NCBI RefSeq assembly: GCF_000219175.1
Contig: NC_015735.1
Coordinates: 330,001-362,000, forward strand
DNA: 32,000 nt
From: Candidatus Moranella endobia PCIT
GTDB lineage: Bacteria; Pseudomonadota; Gammaproteobacteria; Enterobacterales; Enterobacteriaceae
Direction of reading: 5' to 3'
In this document: positions 1 to 10,254 of the stretch, piece after piece
How positions within the stretch are numbered: position 1 is the first letter of the stretch
How the letters are laid out: each line of letters begins with the position of its first letter
Made by a program: the position numbers and the translations under genes
The notes under the pieces: model-generated
Seen by the model: the letters and a program-made list of their open reading frames with translations, nothing else
Told to the model about the DNA's origin: nothing
Database searches by the model: none

Positions 1-395
1 GTCGCAAAATATTTAAATTGATCCATACTATATCTGACCAGCGAATGTTGGCGACGAAACTACATCTTTATGTTAGTTTAAGCTAGCGGATATCTTTGTC
101 AGCTACGCTACGGTATTGATAGTGCTAGGATGGTGCATTTTCTTGGCGCCTACTACCTAATTTAATTGTTCTACTCACGCTAAGTAAGGTATTAACCACC
201 ATGGACACCTGGCGGTTAATCTAGCACCAGTAAACTTAGCCGCATTTAATATCTAGGTAGTTAATAACTTGCTTAAATTTATAGCAGCTGAAGTGCTGCT
301 CTATCAAAAACCTGATCAGGTAGCGCTGCCATGATCTAAGCCTAGCAAGGTAAAATTGATAGTTGTTAAGACTAATACAAGAGAAGGCGATCTGA

Positions 396-1202
396 ATGTC
401 AACAGAAGAATTAGAATTTATATGGAATAACATCAATGTTGAAGCGCAATTTATGACTGCTTGTGAACCTATGCTAGCTAGTTTTGTTCACAGAACACTA
501 CTAAAGCACAAAAACTTAAGCAGTGCATTGAACTATATACTGTCTAATAAACTTAGCAATCAAATTATACCAGTCATCGCAATCAATGAATTATTAGAAG
601 AAGCCTATAGTGCCGATTATAGTATGATTTTATCCGCCGCGCGTGACATCCACGCTGTGCAACTACGAGACCCAGCGGTGGATAACTATTCCACGCCTCT
701 GCTGTATCTGAAGGGGTTTCATGCTCTGCAGGCATATCGTATTAGCCATTGGTTATGGTATACAAACCGCCAGGCGTTGGCATTATATTTACAAAATCAA
801 ATTTCCGTATCTTTTGGTGTTGACATTCATCCTGCTGCACACATTGGCTGTGGCATTATGCTAGATCATGCCACTGGCATCGTTATTGGCGAAACATCAG
901 TGGTAGAAGATAATGTTTCCATACTGCAATCAGTAATTCTAGGAGGCACCGGCAAGACCAGCGGAGATCGCCACCCTAAAATTCGCGAAGGAGTAATGAT
1001 CGGCGCCGGCGCTGCTATTCTCGGAAATATTGAGGTTGGGCGTTGGGCAAAAATTGGTGCTGGTTCAGTAGTCTTACGCTCGGTACCGGCTCATACCACC
1101 GCTGCTGGCGTACCAGCAAGGGTGGTAGGTAAACAGAAAGGCGACCGACTATCAGAGGAAATCATCAGCAGCCCACTTTTAGAATTGGGCGCCGGTATCT
1201 GA
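396..1202 (+). CDS. cysE: serine O-acetyltransferase
   Basis: 268-aa ORF. The N-terminus MSTEELEFIWNNI and the hexapeptide-repeat half (DIHPAAHIGCGIMLDHATGIVIGETSVVEDNVSILQSVILGGTGK, GDRHPKIREGVMIGAGA) are collinear with E. coli CysE (273 aa, from memory). Confidence 0.93.
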   Translation: MSTEELEFIWNNINVEAQFMTACEPMLASFVHRTLLKHKNLSSALNYILSNKLSNQIIPVIAINELLEEAYSADYSMILSAARDIHAVQLRDPAVDNYSTPLLYLKGFHALQAYRISHWLWYTNRQALALYLQNQISVSFGVDIHPAAHIGCGIMLDHATGIVIGETSVVEDNVSILQSVILGGTGKTSGDRHPKIREGVMIGAGAAILGNIEVGRWAKIGAGSVVLRSVPAHTTAAGVPARVVGKQKGDRLSEEIISSPLLELGAGI

Positions 1203-1250
1203 CAGCAGTTATGGCAGCGCTGCGGTGAGAGGAAAATTTTTGCTTCATAT

Positions 1251-2166
1251 CTAGGTCTGAGGAAGACAGATAATCAGCTGCAATCCGCCAAGTGGGCTAT
1301 CTGTTGCTTTTACCCAACCACCGTGCTGTATGACTGCTGTTTCTACGATTGCGAGCCCGAGACCACCAGTAGTTCCGCTGGAATCACGGTCTTTGGCTTG
1401 AGAGGTACGGTAAAAAGGCCGAAAAATCTGCTCTCGATCATCTTTGCTGACGCCGGGGCCATCATCGTCAACGGTAATGGTTATCCGATACTGATCGGTG
1501 CTAAATCCGACTAATATCCGGTGATGCGAGTAACGTATAGCATTACGCACGATATTTTCAAGCGCACTATTTAGTGCGAAAGCATCACCTATTATGGTCC
1601 AGTTACCTGGTAGTGATGTGAACTCCAGGCTTTTGCCCATTTGCTCTGCTTCAAACTGAGCATCACTAATAACATTAGCCCACAAATGGTTTGTCTTCAA
1701 TACCTCACGCGGACGCTCCGGGTTGTTAGACCTAGAAATTTCTAGTAAGATTGAATTTAGCCGGTGAACTTCGGTATCAATGCGTAGTGCATAGTCATCA
1801 CCTTGCCGCCGTCGCATTAGCGCGGTAGTTAACTGTATCCTGGTTAATGGCGTGCGCAACTCATGAAATATGTTGTCTAGTATACGTTGATTGTCATTAA
1901 TATAACTATCATGCCGGTAGTCAAAAGAATTCATTTTGACCTGTATCAAACTCGGGATGCTGTTGTATATGCCCATTCCCACGTACCACCTCATCTGCGG
2001 CTGCGGCATGTTTTAGTTCACGCGCAAGTTTGGCTTGACTTCTTGCCAGCCATAATAAAAGAGTAATACTTACCAGTATACTGATAAGTATACTGGTAAG
2101 TATTACTGATAAGCAGTAACAGTAATAATAACTTTCGATCAAATAGCAAATAATGTTTTTGATCAT
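1251..2166 (-). pseudogene. cpxA: cpxA sensor histidine kinase remnant: periplasmic sensor domain deleted and frameshifted in HAMP
   Basis: Two overlapping ORFs in different frames. ORF 1921..2166 encodes one TM segment plus the HAMP start (LLLWLARSQAKLARELKHAAAADEVVRGNGHIQQHPEFDTGQNEF, compare E. coli PLLLWLAWSLAKPARKLKNAADEVAQGNLRQHPELEAGPQEF). ORF 1251..2009 encodes the complete DHp and ATPase core (HELRTPLTRIQL, NIVRNAIRYS, DDDGPGV, FRPFYR, GGLGLAIV). Total span is about 305 codons against 457 aa in E. coli. The roughly 135-aa periplasmic domain is absent, and the frame breaks at GAATTCTTTTGAC (about 1921..1935). Confidence 0.8.
2062..2107. repeat. perfect inverted repeat: 20-bp arms with a 6-nt spacer, inside the cpxA remnant
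   Basis: AGTAATACTTACCAGTATAC (2062..2081), TGATAA, GTATACTGGTAAGTATTACT (2088..2107). The second arm is the exact reverse complement of the first. Confidence 0.95.
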
Positions 2167-2870
2167 GCAGTTGAGACCATTAAATATCCTCGTCCGCGCA
2201 AGGTTTTAAACCACGGTTGCCCATCTTGACGTTCTGGTAGCTTGCGACGTACATTAGAAATGTGCATATCAATAGATCGGTCAAATTGTGTTAATCTTTT
2301 ACCCAAGACCTCCTGGCTTAAATACTCGCGCTGCACTACTTGACCGAGATGCTGCGCCAGTAAATACAGCAAATTAAATTCGGTGCCAGTCAATTCCAGT
2401 AACGTACCATCGAAGGTCGCCTCCTGGCGTCCTGGGTTCAGAATCATAAGATCAACCTTAAGTGATGGTGTTCCTGCTTCTCTGGTTTGCTGTTGCTCAG
2501 TATCTTTCCAATGTAAGCGGCGTAATATTGCCCTAATACGTGCTATCAATTCGCGATCATTAAAAGGTTTTGGTATATAATCATCTGCCCCCAATTCCAG
2601 GCCTAAAACACGATCCAGTTCGTTGCCACGGGCGGTTAGCATAATTACTGGTGTTTGGTAGTGTTGCTGACGTAACCATTTAAGAGTATCAATACCATTC
2701 TTACGTGGCATAATAATATCTAGAAGTAATAAATTTATGGAACTGTTAAACTTACTTAACACCTGTTCGCCATCATGGGCTACTTGGACGTTAAAATTTT
2801 CCATTTCCAATAATTCACGTAACAACGATGTTAATTTTCGGTCATCATCAACCAAAAGAATATTATTCAT
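2163..2870 (-). CDS. cpxR: OmpR-family response regulator CpxR
   Basis: 235-aa ORF collinear with E. coli CpxR (MNKILLVDDDRELTSLL, LLLLDxxMPxKNGIDTLK with the phospho-acceptor Asp, PVIMLTARG, winged-helix end FKTLRGRGYLMV). GGAG lies 9 nt upstream of the ATG. Its stop overlaps the cpxA remnant start (ATGA). Confidence 0.93.
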   Translation of the reverse strand: MNNILLVDDDRKLTSLLRELLEMENFNVQVAHDGEQVLSKFNSSINLLLLDIIMPRKNGIDTLKWLRQQHYQTPVIMLTARGNELDRVLGLELGADDYIPKPFNDRELIARIRAILRRLHWKDTEQQQTREAGTPSLKVDLMILNPGRQEATFDGTLLELTGTEFNLLYLLAQHLGQVVQREYLSQEVLGKRLTQFDRSIDMHISNVRRKLPERQDGQPWFKTLRGRGYLMVSTA

Positions 2871-3406
2871 TTACTTCATCTCCAGACGTAAAATACGTCA
2901 TTAATCTAACCTAATTCAAATTATTACTTAACTTTAATTAAAAAATTTAACTTATATATCACCTGTATAGTAATAATAATGAGATGAAGATTATACTTAA
3001 GACTTAATGTGTACTAGGGCACGGCGAAAACAGCAATTTTTTGTTGTAACATACAATAACCATGGTATCGGCTGGAACAGCAACAGTTATATTGCTGGCT
3101 ACTTGCTACTACAAGAATACTGTAAGTAACAAGCTGTCAGTTACCTATAAATAAACTATACATGCTTTTCGCTAAGAATTATGATGAATATACTAACATA
3201 TCTACCTTGCTGCAAGCAGTAATAGCTATGTCTGTGGGAACCAAGTTGCAGGTAATATCTTTTTAACAATTTGTTCCCAGTTTGTTATATAATACCTAGT
3301 TATATATGTTCTCGCCTAGCTAGAATTAATAATCAAACAACAAAAAAAGAACTGAAATTTTCCAGTAAAAATTTATTGTCTATATCGTTCTCTCACTGGA
3401 GGAGTA

Positions 3407-4201
3407 ATGCGACATCCGTTAGTAATAGGTAATTGGAAACTTAACGGCAGCACAGAAATGGTAAAAGAACTGATTGTGGCGCTGTGTAATAAACTCAGTA
3501 ACGTTATTGGCTGTGATGTGGTTATCGCCCCGCCAGTAGTCTATCTTGATCTGGCAAAACATCATTTGGGTATCAGCAATAGCAATCTTACTCTCGGAGC
3601 GCAGAATGTCGATACCAATATTGCTGGCGCTTTTACAGGTGAAGTTTCCGCTTCGATGCTCAAAGATATCGGCGCTAAATACATTATCATTGGTCATTCA
3701 GAACGCCGCACCTATCATAAAGAAAGTGATGATAATATTGTCAAAAAATTCACTGTGTTAAAATTAACTGGTCTAATTCCGATATTGTGTATCGGTGAAA
3801 GCGAAGCAGAAAACCAAGACGGAAAAACTGAGTCGGTATGCGCTCGTCAGCTTGATGCAGTCATTAACCATTTAGGCGTCCAAGCGTTAGAAAATTGCGT
3901 CATAGCCTATGAGCCTATCTGGGCCATTGGCACTGGTAAATCCGCAAAACCGACGCAGGTTCAGGCGGTACACAAATTTATCCGCGGGTATATTGCTAAA
4001 CATAATGTTGAAATTGCAGAAAATATTATTATCCTGTATGGTGGTTCGGTTAATCCCAGCAATGCCACTGAACTATTTACTCAGCTTGATATTGATGGTG
4101 CTCTGGTCGGCGGTGCATCGCTGATGGCTGACACATTCGTATTGATTGTTAAAGCTGCAGCGCAAGCAAAACAAAACTTACGGTCGGCTGCCTTAACTTA
4201 A
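3407..4201 (+). CDS. tpiA: triosephosphate isomerase
   Basis: 264-aa ORF with [37 protein letters not shown] and GGASL motifs. A strong SD (GGAGGAG) lies just upstream. Confidence 0.95.
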   Translation: MRHPLVIGNWKLNGSTEMVKELIVALCNKLSNVIGCDVVIAPPVVYLDLAKHHLGISNSNLTLGAQNVDTNIAGAFTGEVSASMLKDIGAKYIIIGHSERRTYHKESDDNIVKKFTVLKLTGLIPILCIGESEAENQDGKTESVCARQLDAVINHLGVQALENCVIAYEPIWAIGTGKSAKPTQVQAVHKFIRGYIAKHNVEIAENIIILYGGSVNPSNATELFTQLDIDGALVGGASLMADTFVLIVKAAAQAKQNLRSAALT

Positions 4202-4317
4202 GATGACTGAGTTGTTAATACGTAACCAAGATCAATAAAATAAAAGATTGGCTGTTGCCAAATTTAGCAAACGCAAACATGTCAAACTGTTATAACGCTT
4301 ACCAGCCGCAGCACAAA

Positions 4318-5280
4318 TTAGAATAGTTTTTTCGCAGTTTCCAGGATATCCTTGCGGAAGGGTCGCTTCATATTTTCGATTGCGTCTACTATATCATGAT
4401 GCACGAGTCTCTCATTTTGCACCCCAATACAGTGGCCACCATAACCTTGTAATAGCAGCTCAATGGAGTACGCGCCCATACGGGATGCTAACACACGATC
4501 ATACGCCACCGGGCGGCCGCCTCGTTGGATATGACCCAACACTGTAGTGCGAGTTTCCCTTCCTGTTTCTTTTTCAATATATTGAGCTATCTCAGCGAGA
4601 TTACAGATATGTTCGGTGATCGCGACAATTGCGTGTTTTTTGCCTTTAGCGATACCTGCCTTTATTTCAGAAACTAGGTCGGCAGGTTTGAATTCAACTT
4701 CAGGTAACACTATGAATTCGCAACCTCCGGCGATGGCTGACGCCATAGTAAGATCACCGCAATACCGCCCCATAACTTCAACAATGGAGATGCGTTGATG
4801 TGACGTCGAGGTATCTCGCAGTCGATCAATAGCCTCGACGACAGTTTCGAGTGCAGTAAAATAGCCAATAGTATAATCGGTACCAGCAACATCATTATCA
4901 ATTGTACCAGGTAGACCAATGCAGGGAAAACCCATCTCTGTTAGGCGTTTGGCACCCAAATATGAGCCATCGCCTCCTATTACTACCAGCGCATCTAGGC
5001 CGCGTTTGGTCATGTTATTAATGGCGATAGCTCGAGTATGTTCATCTTGGAATTCGGGAAAACGTACGGAACCGAGAAAGGTACCACCACGGTTAATTAT
5101 ATCAGAAACGCTATAGCGATCAAGTTTCGACATACAATCTTGAAATAATCCCAGGTAGCCGTCATAAATGCCATACACTTCCAAATTTTCGGCCAGCCCT
5201 GCCCGTACTACGCCCCTTATGGCAGCATTCATACCTGGTGAATCACCACCACTTGTTAGTACACCGATTTTTTTAATCAT
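4318..5280 (-). CDS. pfkA: ATP-dependent 6-phosphofructokinase
   Basis: The ORF track gives 4318..5343. The E. coli-like N-terminus [20 protein letters not shown] starts at the ATG at 5280, with GAGG 5 nt upstream. That start gives 320 aa, the same length as E. coli PfkA. Confidence 0.92.
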   Translation of the reverse strand: MIKKIGVLTSGGDSPGMNAAIRGVVRAGLAENLEVYGIYDGYLGLFQDCMSKLDRYSVSDIINRGGTFLGSVRFPEFQDEHTRAIAINNMTKRGLDALVVIGGDGSYLGAKRLTEMGFPCIGLPGTIDNDVAGTDYTIGYFTALETVVEAIDRLRDTSTSHQRISIVEVMGRYCGDLTMASAIAGGCEFIVLPEVEFKPADLVSEIKAGIAKGKKHAIVAITEHICNLAEIAQYIEKETGRETRTTVLGHIQRGGRPVAYDRVLASRMGAYSIELLLQGYGGHCIGVQNERLVHHDIVDAIENMKRPFRKDILETAKKLF

Positions 5281-5359
5281 GACTACCTCGCAACTTACAA
5301 TACTATGAGCTGGCAACCAGGCTATTTTTATGGTTGATAGCAAAATGCAAGGAAAAATA

Positions 5360-7354
5360 TCATGTTATTAGCAGCCGCGCTTTGCGCAGTATATTATCGA
5401 CGGTGAAACCGAACAAGGGGAATAATTCTTCCGCTGGGGCCGATTCACCAAAAGTGGTGATGCCAACAATTTGCCCGTTAAGGCCAACGTACTTATACCA
5501 GTAATCTGTTATTCCTGCCTCAATTGCGACACGAGCCGTCACTGCTTTCGGCAATACCGTTTCTCGATAAGCTTGATCTTGCAAGTCAAAAACGTCGGTA
5601 GATGGCAAAGATACTACTCGTACCTTACGGCCTTCATTATTAAATTGCTGATAAGCTGCAACTGCTAGTTCAACTTCCGAACCAGTAGCGATTAAAATTA
5701 ATTCTGGCTGTCCGTCGCAGTCTTTAAGTATATAACCGCCGCGGGCAATATCTAATACCTGTTGTGACGTACGATCCTGCTGCGCTAGTTTCTGGCGCGA
5801 AAGAATAATTGCTGTGGGACCATTACAGTTCTCGATAGCTTTCTTCCAGGCAACAGTGGTTTCTACTTGGTCACATGGACGCCAGTTACTCATATTCGGC
5901 GTCATGCGCAAGCTAGCTAATTGCTCTACTGGCTGATGGGTTGGACCATCTGCACCTAGACCAATAGAGTCATGGGTATAAACCATGATGTGCCTAGCTT
6001 TCATTAGCGCTGCCATGCGCACTGCGTTGCGGGCATATTCAACAAAAATAAGGAATGTAGCAGTATAGGGAATGAAGCCGCCATGATTAGCGATACCGTT
6101 ACCAATTGCCGTCATACCGAATTCGCGCACACCGTAATGAATATAGTTACCAGCATGATCATTAACAATAGATTTGGATTGCGACCAGATCGTTAAATTA
6201 CTTGGTGCTAGATCAGCCGAACCACCTAGCAATTCGGGTAGTATGGGACCAAATGCTTCCAGCGCGTTCTGTGATGCTTTACGGCTGGCCATATTCATTG
6301 GATTGGTTTGTAGTTGCTGAATTATTTTATGACTTTCTGCTTGCCAATTAGCTGGTAGCTTACTGTGCATACGGCGTTTGAATTCCAGCGCCAGCTCGGG
6401 GAAAGCTTTTTCATAGGCTGAGAATTTCTCCTGCCAGGCCGATTCTTTTTTATTACCAGCTTTTTTCGCATTCCAACTGTGGTATATTTCAGCCGGAATA
6501 ACAAACGGGGGCTCGTTCCAACCAATCGCTTTTCTGGTAGCATCTATTTCTTCTTGCCCCAGAGGGGAGCCATGAGCGCAGTTTTTACCAGCTTTTGTTG
6601 GCGCGCCGAATGCAAGAATGGTTTTACAAATTAGTAGCGATGGCTTATCAACGACAGCACGGGCATTGTCGATTGCTTTCTGAATGGAAGTACTATCGTG
6701 GCCGTCAACGTAGTGCACGACGTGCCAACCATAGGCTTCAAAACGGGCGGCAGTGTTATCTTGAAACCAACCATCGACGTCACCATCAATGGAAATACCG
6801 TTATCGTCGTAGAACGCCACCAGTTTTCCCAGCTTAAGAGTTCCTGCTAACGAGCATACTTCATGGGAAATGCCTTCCATCATACAGCCGTCGCCGAGGA
6901 AAACATAGGTATAGTGATCAATAAGATTATGGCCGGTACGGTTAAACTGTGCTGCCAACGTGCGCTCCCCAATTGCCAAACCAACGGCGTTAGCTATACC
7001 TTGGCCAAGTGGGCCTGTAGTGGTTTCTACACCATTGGTAGAACCATATTCCGGATGCCCAGGAGTTTTAGAATGTAACTGCCGAAAGTTTTTCAATTCT
7101 TCCATCGGTAGATGATAACCTGTTAGGTGTAATAGGCTGTAAAGCAGCATAGAACCGTGACCGTTAGACAGAACAAAACGGTCTCGGTCAATCCAGTTTG
7201 GATTGGAAGGATTATGATCCATATAATCGAACCACAGTACTTCGGCAATATCCGCCATACCCATTGGCATACCAGGATGACCAGAATTAGATTGTTGTAC
7301 TGCGTCCATACTTAACGCACGGATAGCATTTGCCCGTTCTTTTCGGGATGTCAT
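5360..7354 (-). CDS. tktA: transketolase
   Basis: Collinear with E. coli TktA ([18 protein letters not shown], [17 protein letters not shown], GDGCxMEGISHE). I place the start at the ATG at 7354 (MTSRKE) because GGAG lies 6 nt upstream. The longer start at 7366 would overlap that SD. I cannot distinguish the tktA and tktB paralogues. Confidence 0.92.
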   Translation of the reverse strand: MTSRKERANAIRALSMDAVQQSNSGHPGMPMGMADIAEVLWFDYMDHNPSNPNWIDRDRFVLSNGHGSMLLYSLLHLTGYHLPMEELKNFRQLHSKTPGHPEYGSTNGVETTTGPLGQGIANAVGLAIGERTLAAQFNRTGHNLIDHYTYVFLGDGCMMEGISHEVCSLAGTLKLGKLVAFYDDNGISIDGDVDGWFQDNTAARFEAYGWHVVHYVDGHDSTSIQKAIDNARAVVDKPSLLICKTILAFGAPTKAGKNCAHGSPLGQEEIDATRKAIGWNEPPFVIPAEIYHSWNAKKAGNKKESAWQEKFSAYEKAFPELALEFKRRMHSKLPANWQAESHKIIQQLQTNPMNMASRKASQNALEAFGPILPELLGGSADLAPSNLTIWSQSKSIVNDHAGNYIHYGVREFGMTAIGNGIANHGGFIPYTATFLIFVEYARNAVRMAALMKARHIMVYTHDSIGLGADGPTHQPVEQLASLRMTPNMSNWRPCDQVETTVAWKKAIENCNGPTAIILSRQKLAQQDRTSQQVLDIARGGYILKDCDGQPELILIATGSEVELAVAAYQQFNNEGRKVRVVSLPSTDVFDLQDQAYRETVLPKAVTARVAIEAGITDYWYKYVGLNGQIVGITTFGESAPAEELFPLFGFTVDNILRKARLLIT

Positions 7355-7699
7355 TAAAGGCTCCAAATTTTACATTTTACCGCCAAAAGACTAGCAAATT
7401 GATTCAGCTAGCTTGTCCACGGCCATTGCATCATAGTTATTTATGTTTATGTTCCAAACGGAATTACCATTCCAACAGCTGCACTAACCAGATTGTGCGA
7501 GCAACGATCACAGCGATTTTATGAAGTTCATCCAGCATATTACAGTTAATTTATTTCCAGGTGTAGGCCAGTTTAATAAGTATACGTAAATTAGGTCATT
7601 GTTCTTCTAGTGCGACTAATTTTATTGCATTGGTAAAACATATATACTGCGCTTGAAGGATAAGTCAGCATTAACTTCTTTATTGAGTAAAGATACATT

Positions 7700-7739
7700 A
7701 TCGCACGCGTGATAATTTCATCGCACGCGTGATAATTTC
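7700..7739. repeat. perfect 20-bp tandem duplication (2 copies)
   Basis: ATCGCACGCGTGATAATTTC occurs at 7700..7719 and again at 7720..7739 in non-coding spacer. Confidence 0.95.
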
Positions 7740-8134
7740 TACGCTGATATTAATCGCTAATTTGTTGCTAGCGGCATTGTTAAGTTCACAGAAGGATTGG
7801 TGGTTGCATCTGGTTGCGAGTCGTAATGACGGATGGACTGAATATCTCCACTGTCTGTCTGCTACGACGGTTGGAAATTGTTTAGACGGTCGTCTAACTG
7901 GCGCAGTTATCTATTACACTCCATCAATCAAATTATTATTTACATAAGTTACTGCAAGCCTTAGGAGAACATCGATTTGCGTACAGTACCATATACAACA
8001 ATACAGATAAATTCTGGTTAGAGCACTCTAATAAAAAAATCGATGTAACGATGCGATGCCTATGTCGAGTCGGCTATCAAAATGTATGGTTAGATCTCGT
8101 ACTATATGTGCATATTTTACAACATGTTTCGATT

Positions 8135-8704
8135 TTACAAATAATTGAAAGCGGCAGTGACATGTTTCACTCCGTTTACTTTACTAGCAATTGCCGATGA
8201 GGCTTTACCATCAGCGTTAGTTACTAGTCCCAAGAGGAAAACTTCGCCATTCTCCGTGGTTATTTTCAATTTTGATACATTAACTGTGCGTATCAGCAAC
8301 TTCGCACGGATCTTGGTGGTAATCCAGGTATCTGTTAATACACATTTTAATGATACTGGCTGCCCCTGACGGATTTCATTATAGACTTCGGTAACACCAT
8401 CAACTCTCATCGTAATCTGCTTAGCTATTTCTGCCAACTTTGATGTCGGCGCTTGACCAGTTAGTAGAACTTTGCCCTGATATACCGTATTGGAGATGCG
8501 CGCTTCTTTATGAACTTTCTGATCTTTTGCAAGCGCATTGGCTACCCGTGCTTCAAGTATACCATCATCGATCTGGGTGCCGAAGGTGCGTGGATCGGTC
8601 ACGGTTTTAGTGGTGACCACAGCGGTACCGATTACCATAGCACCAACGCATCCTTGAAGCATCAAAACTGCCAACTGCAGTATTAATGATGTATAAGCCT
8701 TCAT
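8135..8704 (-). CDS. dolP: BON-domain outer-membrane lipoprotein DolP (YraP)
   Basis: 189-aa ORF with a lipobox (LMLQGC) and two BON-like halves. It is collinear with E. coli YraP (DPRxxGTQxDDGxLExRV, YQGKVLLxGQ, EVYNEIRQGQP, TTENGEVFLxGLV). AGGAG SD upstream. Confidence 0.87.
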   Translation of the reverse strand: MKAYTSLILQLAVLMLQGCVGAMVIGTAVVTTKTVTDPRTFGTQIDDGILEARVANALAKDQKVHKEARISNTVYQGKVLLTGQAPTSKLAEIAKQITMRVDGVTEVYNEIRQGQPVSLKCVLTDTWITTKIRAKLLIRTVNVSKLKITTENGEVFLLGLVTNADGKASSAIASKVNGVKHVTAAFNYL

Positions 8705-8897
8705 GTTCGCTCCTTAACAACTAGCAAGATGTAAAATAACTACAACTAACTAATATAGAAAATTGTATATTTAGCATTGTCAGCTCTGGAATACACGTTC
8801 TGCTATTGTACGAAATTTTGATGGCTTATTACCTAATAATAGCATCAGTAATAGCAGTATGCTGGCAAATGCTCCTCAATCATTAGAGCAATGATAG

Positions 8898-9080
8898 GTG
8901 GACATAACTTGTGATACTACAAATATTGACGCGCAAAATGACTTGCTTGGCGTAGATTATAGATTACATCCTGCTAACCAGAGCATTAGCGATTACGTTA
9001 AATACCAATATATTGGCATGCAACTAGTAAAGTACCATGCGATAACAGTTGATAGACTGTGCTGTAATCTAATATTTTAG
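8898..9080 (+). pseudogene. ybeZ: possible relic of the PhoH-like ATPase gene ybeZ (C-terminal part only)
   Basis: The 60-aa ORF shows weak, ordered resemblance to the YbeZ C-terminal region recalled from memory (DIT..IDxx, ..IS.., LVKYHAITV compared with VVRHPVVAR). It lies upstream of ybeY on the same strand, as ybeZ does in E. coli. No Walker motifs remain. The call is tentative. Confidence 0.3.
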
Positions 9081-9295
9081 AGTGTGGTAATTACTGAATC
9101 AGCATGTTAATAGCATAGGTGATGGTTTCTGGCCCCAACAGCAACAATCAAGGTTTAGTATGGGAGTCATTAATATTAATTATTTAAGTTCGTGTAACTT
9201 TATTCGCCTAACAAGAAAAAATAACATGATTTTAGTAGATTGGTTAAAGTCGCCGTGAGGCGCCCGCTAAACTTTCGCTATAGGCACAACTAAGC

Positions 9296-9362
9296 ATAGG
9301 TGCTGCTTGCATTGCTACTTCGAAGCTAGTTGCACATGTGCAACTGAATAAGCAGCACCTGT
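9296..9362 (+). other. nested inverted-repeat structure in the ybeY upstream region
   Basis: Outer arms are AGGTGCTGCTT (9298..9308) and AAGCAGCACCT (9350..9360), extendable by a G-U pair and an A-T pair. They enclose a perfect 18-nt palindrome, AGTTGCACATGTGCAACT (9328..9345). The structure ends 43 nt before the ybeY ATG. Confidence 0.5.
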
Positions 9363-9403
9363 TAGCTAATTTTAACAATCATCCAAGAAAGGAGTAACAA
9401 TAA

Positions 9404-9868
9404 ATGAGCAAGGTTCGATTGGAATTGGACCTACAGCTAGCTTGCGATGATAAATATGGTTTACCAGCCGAAGCTGATTTCCGGCGCTGGCTATTGGGTG
9501 TGTTGCCGCTGTTCCGTGATTACGCGGAAGTAACCGTGCGCCTAGTGGACGAAGTGGAAATTCATGCACTAAACTTAACCTATTGCGGCAAAGATAAGCC
9601 AACCAATGTGCTTGCATTTACATTGGAAGCACCACCGGAAATAGAACTCACATCGTTGGGGGATTTAGTTATTTGCCGCCAGGTAGTGGAGTACGAAGCA
9701 AAGCAACAGGGAAAAGCGTTGGAAGCGCATTGGGCACATATGGTGGTTCACGGTTCGTTACACTTGCTAGGTTATGATCATGTTTTGGAGATTGAAGCCA
9801 TCCAGATGGAATCTATAGAAACTGCAATAATGCAAAACCTTGGTTACCCAGATCCATATATTTCTTGA
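9404..9868 (+). CDS. ybeY: rRNA maturation endoribonuclease YbeY
   Basis: 154 aa with the H3xH5xH zinc motif [11 protein letters not shown]. Collinear with E. coli YbeY (LDLQLAC, [15 protein letters not shown], [22 protein letters not shown]). SD AAAGGAG. Confidence 0.94.
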   Translation: MSKVRLELDLQLACDDKYGLPAEADFRRWLLGVLPLFRDYAEVTVRLVDEVEIHALNLTYCGKDKPTNVLAFTLEAPPEIELTSLGDLVICRQVVEYEAKQQGKALEAHWAHMVVHGSLHLLGYDHVLEIEAIQMESIETAIMQNLGYPDPYIS

Positions 9869-10126
9869 TAATATTGCAGAATATAGTTAATCACTATCGC
9901 CAATAACTAGCGATGCTGCTGTTGATCTGCGTGCGCTAGTGACCTTGGTACCAGTACCATCCTCAGCCAACGTGGGTACGTGGCTTTGGCACCTAGCAAT
10001 ATTCAACAGTCTATAAAAGAATATAGGCACTACTATCTATCGATATTTTCTTGAAGCGTGCCCTGCTGGTTATCGGCAGGCAGGTAACATATGATGGTTT
10101 AACCATATAATAGCAGAAGAAATTGG

Positions 10127-10155
10127 TTGACTGCAGCTTATCAACTATGCATAAT
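10127..10155 (+). promoter_or_regulatory. sigma70-type promoter candidate for the tRNA operon
   Basis: TTGACT (10127..10132), a 17-nt spacer, then CATAAT (10150..10155). The predicted start near 10162 is about 93 nt upstream of tRNA-Leu. Confidence 0.55.
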
Positions 10156-10180
10156 ATACTACTTAAATGCGAATTTAGAT

Positions 10181-10245
10181 CATACAGTTCAGCTATCACT
10201 ATTAGTGCTGAGGTTACCGTTAGCATTATTACGTTGTAGTTGCCA
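10181..10245 (+). pseudogene. metT: degraded elongator tRNA-Met (metT-like) pseudogene
   Basis: ATCACTATTAGTGCTGAGGTTACCGTTAGCATTATTACGTTGTAGTTGCCA aligns by eye to the 3' two-thirds of the intact tRNA-Met at 10495..10571 (AGCACTCATAATGCTGGGGTCACAGGTTCGATTCCCGTCGTAGCTACCA). About 33 of 47 aligned positions match. The anticodon loop reads CTATTAG instead of CTCATAA, and the D-arm is largely deleted. It occupies the position of metT in the E. coli metT-leuW-glnUW-metU-glnVX operon. Confidence 0.55.
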
Positions 10246-10254
10246 ACATACTTT

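Noticed and set aside
2885-2899. Dyad GACGTA-AAA-TACGTC with one GTAAA half-site just upstream of cpxR, considered as a CpxR operator
   Set aside because: Only one GTAAA half-site is present, and the spacing does not fit the tandem GTAAA-N5-GTAAA consensus. It overlaps the 5' UTR and could be chance.
7700-7739. Tandem repeats considered as a CRISPR or minisatellite array
   Set aside because: There are only two contiguous copies, with no spacers. No repeat-spacer periodicity or cas-like ORFs occur anywhere in the window.
7729-7947. 72-aa ORF with a TM-like N-terminus
   Set aside because: Its GTG start lies inside the second copy of the 20-bp tandem duplication. It has no SD and I recognise no similarity. 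It is most likely a chance ORF in decaying DNA.
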